Virus record (IMG/VR): IMGVR_UViG_3300037424_001374
Coordinates: 1-31,472 of that record
Source: a virus
Lineage: Duplodnaviria > Caudoviricetes
Direction: 5' to 3' (one strand)
DNA: 31,472 nucleotides
Shown: piece after piece, positions 1 through 6,223 of the stretch
Layout: every line of letters begins with the position of its first letter
How positions within the stretch are numbered: the stretch's first letter is position 1
Made by a program: the position numbers and the translations under genes
Notes under the pieces: generated by a model
What the model was told of the DNA's origin: nothing
The model's database searches: none
Seen by the model: the letters and a program-made list of their open reading frames with translations, nothing else

Positions 1-131
1 AATGGGAACTTACAATAAAAGAAAGAAAACTTGCAACAAATGCAAATTAACCCTTCCAATTGATTCCTTCTATGCTGATGCAAAGAATGTTGATGGATTC
101 AAGGGGACTTGCAAGAAGTGCGTTCTCTTTG
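1..131. repeat. Terminal direct repeat, left copy (circular assembly overlap)
   Basis: Identical to 31342-31472 except position 127 (C) versus 31468 (T). Confidence 0.97.
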
Positions 132-634
132 CACAAAATCAGCTCCGAAGAGGAGAGCGAGTTGGACGAAAAAGGAATGTCATATCAACTTCATTTGACC
201 AAAGAAGTGTTGAATTTGACATCTACACACACTTCAAGTTAATGGATGTGAAGCTCACAGATGACCAGATTCGAACAATCAAAGCAGAACTTGACCAAGC
301 AATCATTAATGGAAATTTCTGGAAGGTCCTGGATAAGCAGAATAGAATTTATGGTGCCAACAAGAAGAAGTGGAAGGTTGATATGCTGGAGATATTTCGT
401 CAAGAGAGGGAGATTCAACTATTTGGAAAGGTGAGGATGCAAGGAGGTGGGAAAGAACAGGTAATGATTGAGCAGCTTGACCTCAGAGGAAATCACATTG
501 CTTTTTATGATTCTCCGAGAGATGCATCAATTGCTCTTCGAGGTGATAGGAAATCTGTATCAATGATATGCAACTGCGCAGGAGCAAGATGCAAATCAGC
601 TTTTGGTTTTATATTTAGATATGTTGACCAATGA
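2..634 (+). CDS. Zn-ribbon plus NUMOD1-like DNA-binding protein
   Basis: N-terminal CNKC...CKKC; C-terminal IEQLDLRGNHIAFYDSPRDASIAL...ICNCAGARCKSAFGFIFRY resembles NUMOD1; no HNH or GIY-YIG catalytic motif seen. Confidence 0.7.
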   Translation: MGTYNKRKKTCNKCKLTLPIDSFYADAKNVDGFKGTCKKCVLFAQNQLRRGERVGRKRNVISTSFDQRSVEFDIYTHFKLMDVKLTDDQIRTIKAELDQAIINGNFWKVLDKQNRIYGANKKKWKVDMLEIFRQEREIQLFGKVRMQGGGKEQVMIEQLDLRGNHIAFYDSPRDASIALRGDRKSVSMICNCAGARCKSAFGFIFRYVDQ

Positions 635-873
635 TAATTGACCAAGAGGTGATTGTAACACCAAATATAAAAGAAGAAGAGCGCTTGAAGTATGCCAAGA
701 AGGCAATAGCTGAGTGTCTGATGAAGAAGATAATGGAATCTGATTTATTGGATATACAGGTGAGCGAAAAATCAGATGGAAGCTTTGGATATTATGCTGG
801 TTTCATAGCTTATACACAGGAGGAACACAACAGAATAGCAAGCGCTCTTAAAAGACATAAAATAAAAGTTTAA
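631..873 (+). CDS. Hypothetical protein
   Basis: 80-aa ORF with ATGA overlap to the upstream stop. Confidence 0.75.
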   Translation: MIIDQEVIVTPNIKEEERLKYAKKAIAECLMKKIMESDLLDIQVSEKSDGSFGYYAGFIAYTQEEHNRIASALKRHKIKV

Positions 874-880
874 AAAATTG

Positions 881-908
881 TTTGGTATTTAAAAAAAAGC
901 TATATTTG
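881..908 (+). promoter_or_regulatory. Candidate promoter with Bacteroidota-type -7 element (TTTG...TATATTTG)
   Basis: TATATTTG at 901-908 matches TAnnTTTG; TTTGG at 881-885 with a shorter than canonical spacer; lies before ORF 932. Confidence 0.45.
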
Positions 909-931
909 TATAAATAAAAAATGAGCTAAAT

Positions 932-1204
932 ATGGAATTCGTTAGAGTATATCAAGGCAAGGTTAACTCAGTTCGGCAAGAGTATATCTCTCCAACTGGA
1001 ATGAGACACTATGAAATAACATTTCGTGATGGGAAGAAGATGACCTACCATCGCAGTCAAAAGCAAGTGATGTTAATTGTGCCTGGAAATGTCATTCGTT
1101 TCACGGCCAACAAAGTTGAACCATTTGACTACTGGGTTATCAATGAAGTTCTGGAGAGTTTCAATCCAGAAGTGAGAATTGTGGTTCACCACATTGTTTT
1201 TTGA
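932..1204 (+). CDS. Hypothetical small beta-rich protein (possible OB-fold)
   Basis: 90 aa with alternating beta-strand pattern (YQGKVNSV, HYEITF, GNVIRFTA). Confidence 0.7.
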   Translation: MEFVRVYQGKVNSVRQEYISPTGMRHYEITFRDGKKMTYHRSQKQVMLIVPGNVIRFTANKVEPFDYWVINEVLESFNPEVRIVVHHIVF

Positions 1205-1220
1205 TTACAAATAAAAGAAT

Positions 1221-1314
1221 GGCCAGGGTGGGATTGCAGGTTTTGACTTCGCTCGTTTTTTCCTGCATATTATTGCATTTGATTTTTTAAACCCACCCTG
1301 GTTTTTTCTTTTTT
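1221..1314 (+). terminator. Long stem-loop with U-tract (terminator or structured RNA)
   Basis: CCAGGGTGGG (1223-1232) pairs with CCCACCCTGG (1292-1301), followed by TTTTTTCTTTTTT; inner TGCAGG/CCTGCA stem. Confidence 0.6.
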
Positions 1315-1340
1315 CAATTGTATTTATATAAAAAAGAGCA

Positions 1341-1430
1341 ATGGAAAAGATATGGAGATTTGATGAAACAACACAGAAATGGGTGTTAACAATTAAACAA
1401 TCAAAGAAAAAAGATGTGCAATCTAAGTGA
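1341..1430 (+). CDS. 29-aa peptide MEKIWRFDETTQKWVLTIKQSKKKDVQSK (paralogue of 31302-31391)
   Basis: Hand translation; follows a TATTTATA motif and A-rich leader; a homologous peptide exists elsewhere in the genome. Confidence 0.7.
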   Translation: MEKIWRFDETTQKWVLTIKQSKKKDVQSK

Positions 1431-1692
1431 TTCATTTGCGGAGTTTTCTGATGAAGCAATAAGAGGTATACAAGAAGCTTGGTATCTTTCAATTGATGGT
1501 GGAAAGAAGGTTATGATACCATTTAACTACAATGAGCATCTTGTGGAGCAATTGAAGGATGAAGCAAATGCAATTATGCACGACATTAAAATGCTGATGC
1601 ATCAGATAAAGAGGAAGCATTGCGGACTTTCTGAAAAAGATAACGAGAACTATTGGAAACAATACTGGGCCTATTATTACGCAAATCGTTGA
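1414..1692 (+). CDS. Hypothetical protein
   Basis: 92-aa ORF in the plus-strand gene run. Confidence 0.7.
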   Translation: MCNLSDSFAEFSDEAIRGIQEAWYLSIDGGKKVMIPFNYNEHLVEQLKDEANAIMHDIKMLMHQIKRKHCGLSEKDNENYWKQYWAYYYANR

Positions 1693-1735
1693 AACATTTT
1701 ATCTTGAGCTGCGTATAACAAATAAAAAAAGAGTG

Positions 1736-2143
1736 ATGAAAAAACTTATGATTATTTTTTTGATGTGTGTTTCTTTTGAAGCAACATCACAATCAAGATT
1801 AAACGAAGTAAATAGAGTTGAGAATAAAATATTCTATTCAGTATCTGCTACACAAAAATTGACACAGATTATTACAGATGGTGACACAACCTATCTGTGG
1901 CAATTCAAAAACTGGAAGTATAATTTGTTGAACCAAGAAGTTCAACTACGTTTTACAACAAAAGAATTATTTGAGTTTATGGATACCTGCCTTGATGTAA
2001 TTGATAATGACAAAAAAGGTAATGCGTTTGGATTTAGTATGAGTCCATCAGCAATGAATACTGCAACATTATTAAATTCAACATCTGAGATTTATGTATA
2101 TAAGATGCATATAAAGAAAATAAAAAAAGAGCTCCAACAATAA
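1736..2143 (+). CDS. Secreted or periplasmic protein with Sec signal peptide
   Basis: MKKLMIIFLMCVSFEATS-Q: basic N-terminus, hydrophobic core, A-x-S cleavage site with Gln at +1. Confidence 0.75.
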   Translation: MKKLMIIFLMCVSFEATSQSRLNEVNRVENKIFYSVSATQKLTQIITDGDTTYLWQFKNWKYNLLNQEVQLRFTTKELFEFMDTCLDVIDNDKKGNAFGFSMSPSAMNTATLLNSTSEIYVYKMHIKKIKKELQQ

Positions 2144-2164
2144 TTGTTATTTGATTACAAAATA

Positions 2165-2202
2165 AAAAGAGCTGGACATTATATCCAGCTCTTTTCTTTT
2201 TT
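2165..2202. terminator. Bidirectional intrinsic terminator between the convergent genome arms
   Basis: AAAAAGAGCTGGA-cattata-TCCAGCTCTTTTCTTTTTT hairpin with T/A tracts on both sides. Confidence 0.85.
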
Positions 2203-2228
2203 CATCGGTACCATTACCTTCCTGGTAA

Positions 2229-2258
2229 TTAAGCAGCCATTAGTTGTTTGTCATTTGT
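2229..2258 (-). other. SsrA-tag-like reading frame TNDKQLMAA*
   Basis: ACA AAT GAC AAA CAA CTA ATG GCT GCT TAA starting at the discriminator base of the tRNA-like domain; resembles ANDENYALAA. Confidence 0.6.
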
Positions 2259-2319
2259 GGAGCTGGAGGTTACGAACCCTCTTCCGTACCTGATGCACGT
2301 CTAAACGATTATCAGCCCC
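2258..2319 (-). ncRNA. Minimal tmRNA-like RNA (tRNA-like domain only)
   Basis: GGGGCUG/CAGCUCC-A acceptor with G3-U70; 13-nt stemless D-loop AUAAUCGUUUAGA; 5-bp CGUGC/GUACG helix; GAA linker; GAGG-GUUCGUAA-CCUC T-arm; CCA not encoded (CAA). Confidence 0.82.
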
Positions 2320-2386
2320 TTGTTTTTTTCCAAGATTCCCAGATAATTACCAGGACAATCACGCTCACAGCAATAAATACATCCAT
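2312..2386 (-). CDS. 24-aa single-pass membrane peptide MDVFIAVSVIVLVIIWESWKKTRG
   Basis: Hand translation; ATG 2 nt after the stop of ORF 2389-2616; hydrophobic helix with basic tail. Confidence 0.6.
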   Translation of the reverse strand: MDVFIAVSVIVLVIIWESWKKTRG

Positions 2387-2388
2387 AT

Positions 2389-2616
2389 TTATTTTTCTGA
2401 TGGTTCATCAGGTACATCTCCACAAGAACCTATTTGTGTGCTCTCTATCTTATCCTTTATCCTCGATTTAATAGCACGCAATTGTGATACGGTCATCCCA
2501 TCCATTTCTTCTTTTATGTCATCACAGGAATCTTTAAACACTTGCCACTGACCATTAAGGTTTATTCGAAATAATTCCTCAAGTTCTGACTTTACTCTAT
2601 CTATTTCTTGTTTCAT
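2389..2616 (-). CDS. Hypothetical protein
   Basis: 75-aa helical ORF tightly packed in the late operon. Confidence 0.7.
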   Translation of the reverse strand: MKQEIDRVKSELEELFRINLNGQWQVFKDSCDDIKEEMDGMTVSQLRAIKSRIKDKIESTQIGSCGDVPDEPSEK

Positions 2617-2619
2617 AAC

Positions 2620-2907
2620 TTACTTTTTTAAAGCTTCAATCTTTGCCTCAATGCTAACTCGCATTAAGTCGATTTCTTTTAACAAAAGCTCGTTTTTAAC
2701 TTTATCTTGCTCAACCATCTTCTCCATAAATGCCATAACTTTCATCAATGCTGTTAGATTTTCTTTCTCAACATCACGAAGCTCTACGTTCAACCTCTCA
2801 ATCTCTGCTTCCTTTTTCTTCTCACGTCCAAGAAAATAGATAACTGCAGCAACGAGCACAGAAAATGCAATACCATATTGCGCTATGTTCATCAATAACT
2901 CTTCCAT
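2620..2907 (-). CDS. Holin-like membrane protein (N-terminal TM helix plus coiled coil)
   Basis: IAQYGIAFSVLVAAVIYFL followed by a charged coiled coil; BhlA-like architecture. Confidence 0.6.
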   Translation of the reverse strand: MEELLMNIAQYGIAFSVLVAAVIYFLGREKKKEAEIERLNVELRDVEKENLTALMKVMAFMEKMVEQDKVKNELLLKEIDLMRVSIEAKIEALKK

Positions 2908-2912
2908 ATCTA

Positions 2913-3476
2913 TTATTTATCTGGGTCATCATAAACTCTCAATCCATCAATAGAGGAGTTGCCTACGTTCTTTGGAATATAAATTCCAGAAAAGTATGAC
3001 TTGCTGGATTTTGCAAGATTCTCCTTTGCATCTGGAGTCATATATGTTGGGAACAAGTTTGAGTAATCACAAAGGTATTTTGTTAGTCTCTTTGTATAGA
3101 ACTCTGCCATATCTCTTACACTGCTTCTAAGGTACTTTATGTCATCAAGTGAAGATGCTTGAGAGAATTCAGAATTCTCCTGTGAGACAGCCTTATTTGT
3201 AAGCTTATAATTAATATGCGGAAGTGCTTCATATAAAGTCCACTCACAAACCATTGGTTGAATGTAGTCTCTTATTAAAGATTCCTCATCAGAGTTTGTT
3301 GTTCCAGATGCAATACCATTTTTAAGTGTGTTATAAAATGTGGTTCCAAGAATCTGTTGCAAATGTGTGTCTTGTGCTTTATATATAAAAGGAACAAGAA
3401 TGTTATCATCAACGTTGTCTTGTATGGTTGTATTCTCCTTGAGATATGTTGTCGAAATGAACTTTACTTTTGCCAT
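2913..3476 (-). CDS. Putative head-tail adaptor (head completion) protein
   Basis: 187-aa helical protein directly downstream of the portal; call rests on position and family resemblance. Confidence 0.55.
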   Translation of the reverse strand: MAKVKFISTTYLKENTTIQDNVDDNILVPFIYKAQDTHLQQILGTTFYNTLKNGIASGTTNSDEESLIRDYIQPMVCEWTLYEALPHINYKLTNKAVSQENSEFSQASSLDDIKYLRSSVRDMAEFYTKRLTKYLCDYSNLFPTYMTPDAKENLAKSSKSYFSGIYIPKNVGNSSIDGLRVYDDPDK

Positions 3477-3488
3477 TGTCTTAATTTA

Positions 3489-4850
3489 TTATTCCTCACC
3501 AACTGAGTCATTGATATTTTCTGTTATTGTTTCTGGTGCTGACTGCCCCTCTTGAACATCTCCAAGAAGTCTTGAAGCTTCTTCTGGACTAAATCCATAG
3601 ATAAGTTCGATTGTTGCTTGTGCTGAACTTCTTGAAGTTGTTCCTGCAGCAACTGAAGTTTGAATCTGAAGTAATGCTTGAACACCACCAGCTGAACCTT
3701 TAAGAACTGCTTGAGCTTGTGCTTGAGCATCATCAACAACAACTTCTTCTTCAACTTTTTCTCCAAGATATGTTTGAAGAGTTATATCTTCTTTAAATCC
3801 TCCTGCAAATAAAACATCATTTAACACACGCTCAATTGTATTTTGTCTCTGAGATATATAAGCATCCTGAAACTCAGCCATAAGCTCTTGTCTTTCATCT
3901 GTACTTCCAAGTTTTCCTGGAGTTAATATAACAAGTTGAGGTGGAATCTCTGCACCTCTAACAATGTTATCATCAATTTGTTCTTTAAGTAAATTAAATC
4001 TTTTGTCTGAATCATTAAGGTCCACTTTTGTAAGCTCTGGGGCTTGCTCTTTACCTTCTGAATAAGTCATTATAATCTTTCCAGCATTCTCACTTCCAGC
4101 GAAATTCTTCTTAAACTCTCTGAAGAATCCGTCTTGCTCCTCTTCTGTAGGAATTCCAGTGGCGAAGTTAAGCATAAAGCTTGGACTATATCCCTGCTTC
4201 ACTTGGTTAAGGTGGAATTTGGATATTTGATAATCCATTTCAATCCAATTGATTGAAGTCGAATACCCAGGAATTGGGTAAAGTCCATCGCAAGACGGAT
4301 TATATTCAGAGAAGTAAACGATTTGCTTACCACTTTTGTTTACTCCATCAAACGAAGTAATAAACATAGGGCTGTATTCATCCTTCTTATACTTAATCCA
4401 ATCATTTGAGAACCAAAAATAAGGCTTATCAATCTCATCAGTTTGAATTCCAATCCTTAATTTGTTCAAAGGCATATGTGCAATTGATACAATTTTTTCT
4501 CCAGCATTATCCCAGATAATCTCAAAAGCAAATCCATTGAATAATTCATAATCAAGAGCTACTCTTTTTAATTCTTCTTCCAATCCATTGTTGTCAACAA
4601 ATGCCGCAAGTGAATCATCATTAATTGTTGATAAGCCATTGCCAGCAATCATTTTAACTTTCTTGTTGATTACAGACTTGTGTGTGGTTGAACCATAATT
4701 GTTGTAAAGATTCAATATATAGGCTGGATAATTATTATCTTTACCCCACTCAACAAAGTTGCTGCTTTTATTATACTTATACGTTGGAGCTTCATATGCC
4801 TCATTAAATTTGAATATCTTAATGAGTTGTCCTTTATTTTCTTTTTCCAT
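3489..4850 (-). CDS. Portal protein
   Basis: 453 aa; DYELFNGFAFEIIW, YPIPGY, FAGSENAGKIIM and PPQLV motifs typical of phage portals. Confidence 0.85.
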   Translation of the reverse strand: MEKENKGQLIKIFKFNEAYEAPTYKYNKSSNFVEWGKDNNYPAYILNLYNNYGSTTHKSVINKKVKMIAGNGLSTINDDSLAAFVDNNGLEEELKRVALDYELFNGFAFEIIWDNAGEKIVSIAHMPLNKLRIGIQTDEIDKPYFWFSNDWIKYKKDEYSPMFITSFDGVNKSGKQIVYFSEYNPSCDGLYPIPGYSTSINWIEMDYQISKFHLNQVKQGYSPSFMLNFATGIPTEEEQDGFFREFKKNFAGSENAGKIIMTYSEGKEQAPELTKVDLNDSDKRFNLLKEQIDDNIVRGAEIPPQLVILTPGKLGSTDERQELMAEFQDAYISQRQNTIERVLNDVLFAGGFKEDITLQTYLGEKVEEEVVVDDAQAQAQAVLKGSAGGVQALLQIQTSVAAGTTSRSSAQATIELIYGFSPEEASRLLGDVQEGQSAPETITENINDSVGEE

Positions 4851-4851
4851 T

Positions 4852-5247
4852 TTATTCGAATGTATATTCAGTTTGTTGGTTAGTAAATGTTGAGGTGGTT
4901 GTGGCTGAACCTATTACCACAAGTTTGCCAGATTCAACAATTGTTGTTGTGTCTGCTGTAAGTGATAATGTATCACCAGTTGTTTGATATGCAAAATAAT
5001 CAAATGTTCCTGGCTCCAAATTAACTGTTGCTGCAGATAGAATTTCACTACCTGGATAAACCTCTGTAATAGTAAACCTGTTGTATCTAATAATATCAAC
5101 AGATGAATCACCAGTTAAAGCAATAACTTTTGAACTATGATTCTGATTTGAGAATATTTCCAAAAGATAAGTTGCACCAGTTAATGTTGTTTTCTCATTG
5201 AGAGTAAACACACATTCATTTGCACTATTTTTATTGATGGTTATCAT
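4852..5247 (-). CDS. Putative virion structural protein
   Basis: 131 aa, Thr-rich and beta-rich, VESGKL motif; lies in the morphogenesis operon. Confidence 0.6.
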   Translation of the reverse strand: MITINKNSANECVFTLNEKTTLTGATYLLEIFSNQNHSSKVIALTGDSSVDIIRYNRFTITEVYPGSEILSAATVNLEPGTFDYFAYQTTGDTLSLTADTTTIVESGKLVVIGSATTTSTFTNQQTEYTFE

Positions 5248-5489
5248 TTGTTTTTTCTGCTTTTCTTGGTATAAGATTTAACCTCTCTCTCTGCTTTTTC
5301 TAAACTTGTCTCTGGCTCCTTAACTTCAACTGTATTCTTCTCGATTACTTCCTCTACATAATCTGCAGAAATCATATTCTTAACATACAGTATTTGTTTG
5401 TCAGTAAGGTTATTGGTAAGTTCTATGAATTCATTTCCTTTTACCAATCTCTTGCCAATGTGTTCTTTTTTTATGCGTAACATAATCAT
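5244..5489 (-). CDS. Hypothetical protein (start moved to ATG 5489)
   Basis: The longer ORF call (5534) runs through the promoter motif at 5498-5524. Confidence 0.65.
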   Translation of the reverse strand: MIMLRIKKEHIGKRLVKGNEFIELTNNLTDKQILYVKNMISADYVEEVIEKNTVEVKEPETSLEKAEREVKSYTKKSRKNK

Positions 5490-5497
5490 CTGTTTTA

Positions 5498-5524
5498 TAT
5501 AAATATAAGTTTTATTGTTTTGTT
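5498..5524 (-). promoter_or_regulatory. Candidate late promoter AACAAAA-N11-ATATTTATA
   Basis: Exact match to a motif that recurs upstream of structural genes. Confidence 0.7.
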
Positions 5525-5535
5525 TATAAATCAAT

Positions 5536-5570
5536 AAAAAAGGTCATCCCATTTTATTGAGATGACCTTT
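5536..5570 (-). terminator. Intrinsic terminator after the major tail gene
   Basis: AAAGGTCATCTC/GGGATGACCTTTTTT hairpin on the minus strand. Confidence 0.8.
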
Positions 5571-5619
5571 ATAAGAATTGGTCATAGGAAGAACCAATAA
5601 TAATTTTTAATACTTAGAA

Positions 5620-6132
5620 TTATCCAACTGTGATGTCAGTTCCAAGTACAGTAGAATCCATAAGATATGCTCCGTTTGCAGACTTCCAAGTAAATGCAAG
5701 TGTTGCTCCGTTCATATCTCCCTGGGCTACCCCAAGAGAAGCGGTTCCTTCTGTAGCTCTTCCTGAGCTTTCAACACCAAGAAGGTAATACTGTCCAGCG
5801 TTTGCCTTAGCAACCGCAAATACAGGGGCCTTCCCAAGTGCAATAATTGTGTTTCTTAATGCAGCATCAAGTTCGATGAACTTCACTGATAATTTTGATT
5901 CGTAGAATACAGTTCCGTTCTCTCTTGAGAATTGTCCTGTTTGTTCTAATCCTGCGAATTCGATGTCTTGTTCAAACAGGTATACTGTTCCACCAGAGGT
6001 TACACCAGTAATAATATTGTCACTATCAAGTGCGTAAGTAGCATCAGAAGTATAAGTTCCAATCCAAACCTTTTCAACACCACCGATTGAGTTACAACCT
6101 AATGTATAACCATTGTCTATAATACAACTCAT
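5620..6132 (-). CDS. Putative major tail (tube) protein
   Basis: 170 aa, beta-rich; CNSIGGVEKVWI and ENGTVFYESKL; follows the capsid gene and has its own terminator. Confidence 0.7.
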   Translation of the reverse strand: MSCIIDNGYTLGCNSIGGVEKVWIGTYTSDATYALDSDNIITGVTSGGTVYLFEQDIEFAGLEQTGQFSRENGTVFYESKLSVKFIELDAALRNTIIALGKAPVFAVAKANAGQYYLLGVESSGRATEGTASLGVAQGDMNGATLAFTWKSANGAYLMDSTVLGTDITVG

Positions 6133-6162
6133 TTTGTCTTAGTTTTTTATTGTTAATAATTT

Positions 6163-6193
6163 AAAAAAAAAGGTGGCAGCGTGGCCACCTTTT
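6163..6193 (-). terminator. Intrinsic terminator after the major capsid gene
   Basis: AAAAGGTGGC/GCCACCTTTTTTTTT hairpin on the minus strand. Confidence 0.85.
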
Positions 6194-6223
6194 AGTTTAT
6201 AATTTTGTTATTTATTCTAAATA

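Noticed and set aside
2255-2319. Ordinary tRNA-Ala gene or attP fragment
   Set aside because: There is no D-stem or 7-nt anticodon loop, so it is not a canonical tRNA; an attP would carry only one end of ssrA and no integrase is present
2244-2471. 75-aa plus-strand ORF over the tmRNA-like element
   Set aside because: TTG start, lies beyond the plus-strand terminator and is antisense to better-supported features
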